Assembly: GCA_964600575.1 (NCBI GenBank)
Contig: CAZRJH010000003.1
Location: forward strand, 81,640-145,639
Direction of reading: 5' to 3'
Source of the DNA: an uncultured Gammaproteobacteria bacterium
Lineage (GTDB): Bacteria; Patescibacteriota; Microgenomatia; UBA8517
DNA: 64,000 nt
Shown here: piece after piece, positions 56,680-64,000 of the stretch
Numbering within the stretch: the first letter of the stretch is position 1
How the letters are laid out: the number at the start of each line of letters is the position of its first letter
Made by a program: the position numbers and the translations under genes
The notes under the pieces: model-generated
The model's database searches: none
What the model was told of the DNA's origin: nothing
Seen by the model: the letters and a program-made list of their open reading frames with translations, nothing else

Positions 56680-58147
56680 CAAATTATTAAAATTCATTAA
56701 TACGGGTTTTTTTGAATACGCACTACTTTTTATTGTTTTGATTTTCGGTTTTGCAATAAGGCTTTACAAGGTAGATAACCCCATAGCCGATTGGCACTCC
56801 TGGAGACAGGCGGACACTGCAAGTGTCACAAGGTCTTTTATAAAAGAAGGAATCAGCTTTTTGTATCCAACTTACCATGATATCTCAAGTATCCAAACGG
56901 GTATATTTAACCCTAACGGATACAGAATGGTCGAGTTACCAATTTATAACGCCGCACATGCAGTTCTTGCTAAAAATTTACCTTTTTTGAGTTTGGAGAT
57001 TTGGGGTAGAGTTTTGACTATAACAATTGCGGTGATAACGGCACTTTTTTTGTATTTAATAGGAAAAAGACTTTTAAACAAATGGGGCGGACTTCTAGCG
57101 TGTTTTTTCTATCTTTTTATACCTTTTAACATTTATTTTACAAGGGTAATACTTCCGGATCCGTTGGGAGTGATGTTCGGAGTGGTTTCCGTTTGGGCTT
57201 TTTTGGTCTACACACAAAGTCTTAAAACTTTATTTTTCTACACATCGGCGGTATTTATGTCGTTTACTTTTTTGATTAAGCCCTACCTGGCTTTTTATAT
57301 GTTTCCGATTTTTTATTTAACTTTCCAAAAATTCGGTTTTAAACAAATATTTAAAGATAAAAAACTTTTGAACAAATTTATTATTTATGCATTGATTTCT
57401 CTTGTTCCGTTTTTGGTTTATAGGGCTTGGGAGGCAAGGTTCCCTGAAGGAATCCCTTTTTATAAATGGGCGTTTAATGGTAACGGAATAAGATTCAAAC
57501 CTTCATTTTGGTATTGGATTTTTGGTCAGAGGCTATCTCATTTGATTTTGGGAGGGCTGGGTATAATTCCGTTTGTATTTGGAGTTTTTAACACCAAAGT
57601 AAAAAACCAATTTATCAGTTATTTTCTTTTGGGAGCGTTTGTTTATATAACTTTGGTTGCCAATGCCAATGTAATGCATGACTATTATCAAATTCCCGTA
57701 ATTCCCGTTATCGCACTGGCACTTGCTTCGGGTTCAATTTATTTGTGGGAGGGTGGCGGGTTCAATAAAATTCTTACCAGGTTAACACTTTTAATATCAA
57801 TCGGAGTTATGTTGATAACCGGATGGAGTCTGATAAAAGACAATTACAATGTTAATCATCCCGAGATTATTGCTGCAGGCAATAGAGTAGACAAAATTAC
57901 CCCCAAAGACGCCTTAATACTGGCACCATACAATGGTGACACAGCCTTTTTATATCAGACAAAAAGAAACGGATGGCCGGCGGTTGATGATTCAATAGAG
58001 AATATTATTAAAAAAGGAGCTTCGTTTTACGCATCGGTGGACTTGGGTAGTCCGGACACTAGATTGGTTGAGTCGGAATATAAGACTTTGGAAAAGACTG
58101 ATAAATTTATAATAATCGATCTTCGTGCACCCTTAAAAACAAAATGA
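56666..58147 (+). CDS. GT-C membrane glycosyltransferase, ArnT/PMT_2-like
   Basis: 'DWHSWRQADTASVTRSF' (R-x-x-D-T loop) and 'YRMVELPIYNAAHAVLAK' are typical of undecaprenyl-phosphate-sugar-dependent GT-C transferases. The protein is 493 aa and polytopic. Confidence 0.6.
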   Translation: MKTYNKLLKFINTGFFEYALLFIVLIFGFAIRLYKVDNPIADWHSWRQADTASVTRSFIKEGISFLYPTYHDISSIQTGIFNPNGYRMVELPIYNAAHAVLAKNLPFLSLEIWGRVLTITIAVITALFLYLIGKRLLNKWGGLLACFFYLFIPFNIYFTRVILPDPLGVMFGVVSVWAFLVYTQSLKTLFFYTSAVFMSFTFLIKPYLAFYMFPIFYLTFQKFGFKQIFKDKKLLNKFIIYALISLVPFLVYRAWEARFPEGIPFYKWAFNGNGIRFKPSFWYWIFGQRLSHLILGGLGIIPFVFGVFNTKVKNQFISYFLLGAFVYITLVANANVMHDYYQIPVIPVIALALASGSIYLWEGGGFNKILTRLTLLISIGVMLITGWSLIKDNYNVNHPEIIAAGNRVDKITPKDALILAPYNGDTAFLYQTKRNGWPAVDDSIENIIKKGASFYASVDLGSPDTRLVESEYKTLEKTDKFIIIDLRAPLKTK

Positions 58148-59343
58148 AAATTTTAATGCTTACTCCTTACTTACCGTTCCCTGATTCCTCGGGCGGTCAG
58201 ATCCGTTCGTATAATTTAATTAAATATTTAAGTAAAAAACACGACATCACACTTTTTTCTCTTATCAAAGACGATTCGGAAAAACGGTTTGTTTCGGAAC
58301 TTGAGAAATATTGTAAAAAGGTAAAAGTTTTTAAAAGATCCAAATCTCCTTGGACTCTTCGTAACATCCTTTTAACCGGATTTGGGCCTTACCCGTTTCT
58401 TGTTATAAGAAATCTCTCACCCAGAGAAAGATTTGCCGTTATTAAAGAAATAGAAGACGAAAAGTACGATCTTATTCACGCCGAGACTTTTTATGTAATG
58501 CCTCATATTCCTAAAACAAAAATACCCATACTTTTAGTGGAACAGACAATCGAGTATTTAGTTTACAAGCATTATGTGGAAGGTTTAAAAAATATCTTTC
58601 TGAGACTTTTGCTTTCGATAGATGTTGCAAAACTTCGTTTCTGGGAAACTTCATTTTGGAAAAAAGCCGACGGAGTTGTTGCCGTTTCCGAAGCAGACAA
58701 AAACGAAATGCTTAAACTGGCACCCGATTTGGACGTAGGTCTGGTTCCCAATGGCGTAAACTTGGATTTTTTCCAGGTTAAAGGCAGTTGGACTGCAAAA
58801 AATCCAAAAATACTGTTCGTCGCAAATTTTAAGTGGCTACAAAATGTAGAGGCTGCGGAGCTACTTTTGGATCATGTTTTCCCTGCTGTCAAAAAGAAAA
58901 ATCCCAGCGTTAAAGTTTGGGTAGTCGGGCAATACATTCCCGAGCATATTTTAAAAAGGAAAAGTAAGGATATCATCGTAGATAATCTTAAAGAAGATGA
59001 CCAGGAGGGTATTAGAAAAGCATACTACGAAGCTTCAGCTTTTGTGTCACCTCTAAAAGGTCCGGGAGGTACGCGTTTAAAGCATTTTGCTGCAATGGCG
59101 GCAAAGCTACCCTTGATAACGACTTCCGTGGGGGCTGAGGGTTTAGGAGCAACTCATTCCCACAACATTATTATTCAGGATGAACCGATGTCTTTGGCAG
59201 AAGCAACCTTGGAAATAATTGGAGACTCAAAAAAAGCAAAAATAATTGCAGATAATGCAAGAAAGCTGGTTGAAGAAAAATATAGTTGGTATAAAATGAG
59301 CGAGTACCTCGACTCAATATACGTTGAAAACGCAAAAAAATGA
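58144..59343 (+). CDS. GT4-family glycosyltransferase
   Basis: The N-terminal 'KILMLTPYLPFPDSSGGQIRSYNLIKYL' is a GT4_N motif. The C-terminus 'RLKHFAAMAAKLPLITTSVGAEG' completes the GT-B domain. Confidence 0.7.
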   Translation: MKILMLTPYLPFPDSSGGQIRSYNLIKYLSKKHDITLFSLIKDDSEKRFVSELEKYCKKVKVFKRSKSPWTLRNILLTGFGPYPFLVIRNLSPRERFAVIKEIEDEKYDLIHAETFYVMPHIPKTKIPILLVEQTIEYLVYKHYVEGLKNIFLRLLLSIDVAKLRFWETSFWKKADGVVAVSEADKNEMLKLAPDLDVGLVPNGVNLDFFQVKGSWTAKNPKILFVANFKWLQNVEAAELLLDHVFPAVKKKNPSVKVWVVGQYIPEHILKRKSKDIIVDNLKEDDQEGIRKAYYEASAFVSPLKGPGGTRLKHFAAMAAKLPLITTSVGAEGLGATHSHNIIIQDEPMSLAEATLEIIGDSKKAKIIADNARKLVEEKYSWYKMSEYLDSIYVENAKK

Positions 59344-60221
59344 AAAGACCCGAACTGTCGGTAATAATTCTTAATTACAACACAAAAGAACTCTTGGAGG
59401 ATTGTTTGAATTCAATCAAAAGAATCATAAAAGAGGTTAAAATGGAAATAATTGTTTCGGACAATAGTTCGACCGACGGAAGTCCGGATATGGTTAGAAA
59501 AAAGTTCCCGTGGGTTAAACTTATAGAGGGTCCAAACGAAGGTTTTTCCAGAGGAAACAACAGAGCAAGACCGCTGGCTAGGGGAGATATGATATTGTTC
59601 TTGAATCCCGACACGGTTGTGCATCCGGGCGTATTTTCTAAGAATGTAGCTTACTTAAAAAAACACTCTGAAGTTGGAGCCCTCACTTGCAAATTGGTTT
59701 TGCCGGACGGTTCAATGGATAAAGATGTAAGAAGAAGATTTCCTACCCCGAGAGTTTCCTTTAATAGATTAATTTTGGGTAAAACCAGAGAGTATTATTA
59801 CGAAGACATACCGAACACAAAAACCCACGAGGTGGATGCCATACAGGGCGCTTTTTTCCTGTCGTGGAAGAGAATTTTGGATAAAGTGGGATGGTTCGAC
59901 CCGGAATACTTTTTCGACGGCGAAGATGTGGATTTGTGTTATCAAATACACAAAGAAGGTTATAAACTAGTCTATTATCCGGAAACCTACATTACACATT
60001 TAAAAGGAGTAACAAAAGGTAAAGTAAAAAAATGGAAATTTAAAACCACTCCCGAACACAGAAAAAAACTTAGACTTGCAGGGGTTGCCTCAATGGAAAG
60101 ATTTTTTAGAAAGAACCTTTGGGATAGATACCCGATCTGGTTCGACTATTTTGTCCTTTTTGGAATAAATGTTTTCAAAGTAATCCGTTATGTTAAAGTC
60201 GCACTTCTTTCTTCTTACTAA
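59340..60221 (+). CDS. GT2-family glycosyltransferase
   Basis: 'LSVIILNYNTKELL', 'IIVSDNSSTDGS', 'GFSRGNN', 'LFLNPDTVV' and 'YFFDGEDVDLCYQ' are GT2 motifs. Confidence 0.75.
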   Translation: MKRPELSVIILNYNTKELLEDCLNSIKRIIKEVKMEIIVSDNSSTDGSPDMVRKKFPWVKLIEGPNEGFSRGNNRARPLARGDMILFLNPDTVVHPGVFSKNVAYLKKHSEVGALTCKLVLPDGSMDKDVRRRFPTPRVSFNRLILGKTREYYYEDIPNTKTHEVDAIQGAFFLSWKRILDKVGWFDPEYFFDGEDVDLCYQIHKEGYKLVYYPETYITHLKGVTKGKVKKWKFKTTPEHRKKLRLAGVASMERFFRKNLWDRYPIWFDYFVLFGINVFKVIRYVKVALLSSY

Positions 60222-61375
60222 TGAAAATACTAATTGACGGACGTTTATACGGCTTGGAAAATGCCGGTTTAGGAAGATATATCATGAGTTTGGTAACCGA
60301 ACTTTCAAAGATTGACAACAAAAACCGCTACATCCTTTTATTAACAAAAAAATATGCGTCAAAAGTAGTTCTTCCCGAAAACTGGAAGATTGTAACCGCC
60401 AACTTTAGACACTACAGTTTCTTTGAACAATTTTTTTTACCCAAGATTATCAAAGAAGAAAAACCGGATATTACACATTTCCCGCATTTTAATGTTCCTA
60501 TTTTTTTTAAAGGTAATTTCGTGGTAACGGTCCACGATCTTTTGATGCACAAGCAAACGGGACTGGCGGCAACCACCTTAATTCCACCTATGTATTTTCT
60601 TAAAAGAACCGCTTACAAATCCGTTTTTAGATACGCGGTTATGCGGTCAAAAAGGATAATAGTTCCCAGTATAGCTGTACAAGAAGAAGTTCAAAAATAT
60701 TACGGAATCGATGATAAAAAAATTGATGTTGTTTATGAAGGTTTCGAAGAAAAAAATATTGAAAAAAAGATTGTTTTTGATCCCAAAAAATACGGTTTAG
60801 GAAGCTTATACATTTCTTATGTCGGAAACGCATACCCTCATAAAAATCTAAAGAGATTAATAGAAGCAGTTGTTTTGTACAATGAAAATTCGGGTAGAAA
60901 TCTAACATTGGCACTAGCTTCGGCAAGAAACCAATTTACCAAACGGTTAGAAAAGACCATTGTCGAGTTGGGTGCACAGAAATATGTAAAAATGGTGGGT
61001 TTTGTGCCCGACGAACAGCTTCCTGACTTTTTAAGAAAATCTGTCGGTCTTTTTACCCCGTCTTTGTCGGAGGGTTTTGGACTTCCAGGCCTCGAGGCGA
61101 TGAGTTTTGGAACTTTTGTTGCGGCGTCGGAAATACCCGTCTACAAAGAGATTTACAAAGATAACGCACTCTATTTTAACCCGTTCGATTTTACATCAAT
61201 CGAGAATGCCATATCGCGTGTTGTAAATATGAACCAAAAAGATAAAATAGACCGAATCAAAAAATCGGAAGAATTTATAAAAAGATATTCGTGGAAAAAA
61301 GCTGCCCAGGAAACACTTTTAGTTTATGAAAAAGCGTACGGCAACAGTTTACCGCAAAGTAGAAACCAAACTTAA
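60221..61375 (+). CDS. GT4-family glycosyltransferase
   Basis: 'SEGFGLPGLEAMSFGTFVAASEIPVYKEIY' is the GT4 motif. Confidence 0.75.
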   Translation: MKILIDGRLYGLENAGLGRYIMSLVTELSKIDNKNRYILLLTKKYASKVVLPENWKIVTANFRHYSFFEQFFLPKIIKEEKPDITHFPHFNVPIFFKGNFVVTVHDLLMHKQTGLAATTLIPPMYFLKRTAYKSVFRYAVMRSKRIIVPSIAVQEEVQKYYGIDDKKIDVVYEGFEEKNIEKKIVFDPKKYGLGSLYISYVGNAYPHKNLKRLIEAVVLYNENSGRNLTLALASARNQFTKRLEKTIVELGAQKYVKMVGFVPDEQLPDFLRKSVGLFTPSLSEGFGLPGLEAMSFGTFVAASEIPVYKEIYKDNALYFNPFDFTSIENAISRVVNMNQKDKIDRIKKSEEFIKRYSWKKAAQETLLVYEKAYGNSLPQSRNQT

Positions 61376-62447
61376 TAAGCTTAAAATTGCTTTGGTTTAC
61401 GATAGGGTAAATAAATGGGGAGGTGCCGAACGTGTCCTTTTGGCTCTCCACCAAATCTTTCCTGAAGCTCCGCTTTTTACTTCGGTTTACGATAAAAATA
61501 AAGCAAAATGGGCCGGGGTGTTTCCTAAAATATACACAAGTTTTTTGCAAAACATACCGTTTGCAAAAGGTAACCACGAGTTTTTGGCCCCCCTAATGGC
61601 TCTTGCTTTTGAGTCGTTCGATTTTTCCAGCTACGATTTGGTTATAAGTGTTACAAGTGAGTTCTCCAAATCCATAAGGACGGGGGTAAACACAAAACAT
61701 ATCTGCTATTGTTTAACCCCGACGAGATATTTATGGAGCGGTTACAATACATATTTCAAAAGCAAATCCTTTTTGAGTTTATTTGGAAGGATTTTGGTCC
61801 CTTATCTTAGAAGACTAGACAAAACTCTCGCCCAAAGGCCGGATAAAATAATTGCTATTTCTTCGGAGGTTTCCAAAAGAATCAAAAAATATTACGGAAG
61901 AAATGCAAAGATAGTTTTTCCACCTGTTAACATTCCAAAATACAAAACCGGGTCCCACAAAAGAAAACATTTTTTAGTTGTTAGTAGATTGGTAAGTTAC
62001 AAAAGAGTTGATTTGGCTATCAAAGTTTTTAACAAGATAAAACATAGACTTCTGATTGTTGGAACGGGTAGAGAATATAGTAATCTTAAAAAAATATCCA
62101 AAAGTAATATTAAGTTTTTGGGCAATGTTAGCGAAAACAGATTACGAAAAATTTATTCCGAATCTCTGGGTTTTATAATGCCGCAGGAAGAGGATTTTGG
62201 AATTGCGGCAATAGAAGCCCAGTCCTTTGGGGTACCCGTTTTAGCTTTTGATAAAGGCGGTTCGAAAGATACAGTTTTGCACAAAAAGACCGGGATATTA
62301 TTTTCCCGTCAAAATATAGATTCTTTACATAAGGCAATAAAAATTTTTGAAAAAACAAATTTCAACAAAAAGTATATTAAAAGTCATGCCGCAGGTTTTT
62401 CTACAATAAAATTCCAAAAAGCGTTTACTAAGGTAGCTTTTGAATAG
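61326..62447 (+). CDS. GT4-family glycosyltransferase
   Basis: The N-terminal 'KIALVYDRVNKWGGAERVLLAL' is a GT4_N motif, and the C-terminal 'QEEDFGIAAIEAQSFGVPVLAFDKGGSKD' is the GT4 catalytic region. The start is uncertain: ATG 61326 overlaps the upstream gene by 50 nt. Confidence 0.7.
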   Translation: MKKRTATVYRKVETKLNKLKIALVYDRVNKWGGAERVLLALHQIFPEAPLFTSVYDKNKAKWAGVFPKIYTSFLQNIPFAKGNHEFLAPLMALAFESFDFSSYDLVISVTSEFSKSIRTGVNTKHICYCLTPTRYLWSGYNTYFKSKSFLSLFGRILVPYLRRLDKTLAQRPDKIIAISSEVSKRIKKYYGRNAKIVFPPVNIPKYKTGSHKRKHFLVVSRLVSYKRVDLAIKVFNKIKHRLLIVGTGREYSNLKKISKSNIKFLGNVSENRLRKIYSESLGFIMPQEEDFGIAAIEAQSFGVPVLAFDKGGSKDTVLHKKTGILFSRQNIDSLHKAIKIFEKTNFNKKYIKSHAAGFSTIKFQKAFTKVAFE

Positions 62448-62473
62448 CCTTCTTTGTTGTTTGTCATTTTTTA

Positions 62474-62486
62474 AACAGGTGTTAAA
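62474..62486 (+). promoter_or_regulatory. Candidate extended -10 (TGTTAAAAT) upstream of manC
   Basis: It lies in the 47-bp intergenic region 62448..62494. TGn-TAAAAT is 8 nt upstream of the ATG. Confidence 0.25.
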
Positions 62487-62494
62487 ATAAACCC

Positions 62495-63613
62495 ATGGAT
62501 GAAAACGGATTCCAAAAACATCTTTACGCTCTTGTCTTAGCAGGAGGCGGAGGAACCAGATTGTGGCCAAAAAGTCGCAACGACACCCCAAAACAATTTC
62601 TAAAACTTTTTAAGGATCAGACTCTTACACAAATTACAATCCAGAGACTCAGGAAAATTATCCCTTTGGAAAAAATATTTATAGTTACCGTCTCCGAGGC
62701 ATACAGGGACGAAATTAAAGCAGAGATACCTGACTTTATAGACGAAAACATAATAGTAGAACCGGTGAGAAGAGAAACAGGGCCTGCTTATGCCCTAGGT
62801 GCACTTCATATTCACGAAAAAGACAACGACGCAGTCATTATTACGGAAGCGGCAGATAGGTTGGTTAGACCTATTCCACTTTACCTAGATACTTTGACAA
62901 CAGCGGCAAAAGTAGCATACGAACAAAAAGTTATGATTGCTATGGGAATCGAACCGCGCTATCCCCACCCCGGCTTGGGGCATATTAAAAAGGGCAAAAA
63001 GAAAGACACAATAAACGGTTTAGACTTTTATGAACTTGCAGACTTTGTAGAAAAACCTCCCATAGAAGTTGCCAAAGAATATACGGAGTCGGGTCAATAT
63101 TTGTGGAACGCCGGGCAATATGTTTGGAGGGCAGATACACTTCTTAATTCCTATAAGGTTAACGCTTCGGAAATTTATGACATTTTGGAAAACATACGAC
63201 CCCATGTTTTCCATCAGGACGAACGGGTTTTACTTAAAGCACAATATGAAAAGATGCCTTCGATTGCTGTTGATTATGCAATTTCCGAGAAAGATAAGAA
63301 TTTTCTGGCCGCAGCAGCAGATTTCTATTGGACAGATATCGGCGATTGGAAAGAAGTTTGGGGAAATTTGCCTAAGGATTCAGGTGGGAATGTCATAATT
63401 TCGGGTAGTGGTGGCAATACCGAGGTAATAAATGTTGATACAACAGACTCGCTTATCCATACGGACGGTAGGCTTATAGCAATTGTTGATGTGGACAATA
63501 TTGTGGTTGTAGACACAAATGACGCGCTTCTTATCACCACAAAAAGCCGTGCTCAGAGCGTAAAGAAAGTTGTGGAAAGACTTAAAGAAGAAGGTAAGGA
63601 TGAATTGCTCTGA
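62495..63613 (+). CDS. manC: Mannose-1-phosphate guanylyltransferase (GDP-mannose pyrophosphorylase), nucleotidyltransferase only
   Basis: 'LYALVLAGGGGTRLWPKSRNDTPKQFLKL' is the NTP_transferase G-rich loop typical of ManC/CpsB. 'IVEPVRRETGPAYALGA' is also present. At 372 aa there is no C-terminal phosphomannose isomerase domain. Confidence 0.75.
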   Translation: MDENGFQKHLYALVLAGGGGTRLWPKSRNDTPKQFLKLFKDQTLTQITIQRLRKIIPLEKIFIVTVSEAYRDEIKAEIPDFIDENIIVEPVRRETGPAYALGALHIHEKDNDAVIITEAADRLVRPIPLYLDTLTTAAKVAYEQKVMIAMGIEPRYPHPGLGHIKKGKKKDTINGLDFYELADFVEKPPIEVAKEYTESGQYLWNAGQYVWRADTLLNSYKVNASEIYDILENIRPHVFHQDERVLLKAQYEKMPSIAVDYAISEKDKNFLAAAADFYWTDIGDWKEVWGNLPKDSGGNVIISGSGGNTEVINVDTTDSLIHTDGRLIAIVDVDNIVVVDTNDALLITTKSRAQSVKKVVERLKEEGKDELL

Positions 63614-63632
63614 TGTCTAATTTTTAAGAGTT

Positions 63633-64000
63633 ATGTACTATGATGCAATAAAAAGAATCGTCGATATTTGTATGTCGGTAGTTCTTATAATATTGTTCGC
63701 TCCGATAATGCTGGTTACTGCACTTGTTATAAAATTTACTTCTCCCGGACCAGTGCTTGTAGAAAGAGGAAACAAAACAGCCCAAAGAGTAGGTAAAGAC
63801 GGTAGGATTTTTTATCATTACAAATTTAGATCGATGATAGTTGATGCTTACCGACTTCTTAAAACAGACCCTAAATTTAAAAAGCTTTATCGGGAGTACA
63901 AGGAGTCCAGTTTTAAACTTCATAAAGACCCGAGAGTCACAAAGTTTGGAAAATTTATTCGTAAATATTCAATCGATGAAATGCCTCAGCTTTTTAATGT
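63633..64000 (+). CDS. Monotopic phosphoglycosyl transferase (bacterial sugar transferase, PglC/WbaP C-terminal-domain family); 3'-truncated by the window end
   Basis: The translation 'MYYDAIKRIVDICMSVVLIILFAPIMLVTALVIKFTSPGPVLVERGNKTAQRVGKDGRIFYHYKFRSMIVDAY...RVTKFGKFIRKYSIDEMPQLFNV' has the KR-x-D/re-entrant helix, 'SPGPV', 'YKFRSM' and 'DE(M/L)PQL(F/I)NV' signatures of the Bac_transf family. It is absent from the supplied ORF track because no stop codon falls in the window. Confidence 0.8.
   Translation, partial: MYYDAIKRIVDICMSVVLIILFAPIMLVTALVIKFTSPGPVLVERGNKTAQRVGKDGRIFYHYKFRSMIVDAYRLLKTDPKFKKLYREYKESSFKLHKDPRVTKFGKFIRKYSIDEMPQLFN

Noticed and set aside
664-62591. About 45 short ORFs of 60-120 aa listed on the opposite strand or in alternative frames within the long genes (for example 664-858, 1365-1625, 2444-2809, 5927-6286, 13527-13775, 31116-31391, 38441-38823, 54251-54601, 60639-60926, 61275-61577, 62173-62591)
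   Set aside because: All are fully nested in well-supported GT or membrane-protein genes. They lack start-context or promoter support, and their translations are low-complexity. They are spurious.
63624-63923. Reverse-strand 99-aa ORF near the window end
   Set aside because: The + strand here encodes a textbook phosphoglycosyl transferase N-terminus from 63633 ('SPGPV', 'YKFRSM', 'DEMPQLFNV'). The reverse ORF is the antisense shadow of that gene.
1-64000. Searched for CRISPR arrays, IS/transposase, integrase, toxin-antitoxin or restriction-modification genes as signs of a mobile island
   Set aside because: There are no direct-repeat/spacer periodicity, no DDE-transposase or tyrosine-recombinase motifs, and no RT-like (YxDD) or nuclease motifs in any ORF. 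Apart from the GC patch at about 20.8 kb, nothing indicates recent mobility.

Overview
The entire 64-kb window is a single, densely packed cell-surface glycan / glycosylation locus in a low-GC genome (about 35-38 % GC by eye). It holds about 58 co-directional genes, mostly on the + strand, many with overlapping ATGA stop/start junctions. I found no housekeeping genes, rRNA, tRNA, CRISPR or mobile elements. By motif reading it holds about 15 GT2 (GT-A fold) glycosyltransferases, 11 GT4 (GT-B fold) glycosyltransferases and about 16 multi-pass GT-C-type membrane glycosyltransferases. Seven of the GT-C genes are tandem PMT/ArnT-like (GT39/GT83-like) paralogs packed into 4.8-19.1 kb. The locus also holds a Dpm1/Ppm1-like polyprenol-phosphate-sugar synthase with a small membrane partner, a PIG-V-like mannosyltransferase, an O-antigen-ligase/polymerase-like protein, a Wzx-type flippase, five SAM-dependent methyltransferases (one FkbM type), a hexapeptide acetyltransferase, and nucleotide-sugar enzymes (mannose-1-phosphate guanylyltransferase, a GDP-fucose-synthase-like reductase, UDP-GlcNAc 2-epimerase). 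A monotopic phosphoglycosyl transferase gene begins at the 3' edge. The most unusual element is a prenyltransferase/terpene-cyclase-like alpha/alpha-toroid repeat protein embedded in the cluster. The overall logic resembles extracytoplasmic, polyprenol-phospho-sugar-dependent glycan assembly (as in mycobacterial PMT/lipomannan pathways) combined with a Wzx/Wzy-like pathway and heavy methylation. The gene content and compactness are compatible with an uncultivated low-GC lineage such as CPR/Patescibacteria, but that is inference only. All functional calls come from motif recognition in the translated ORFs; no database search was run.
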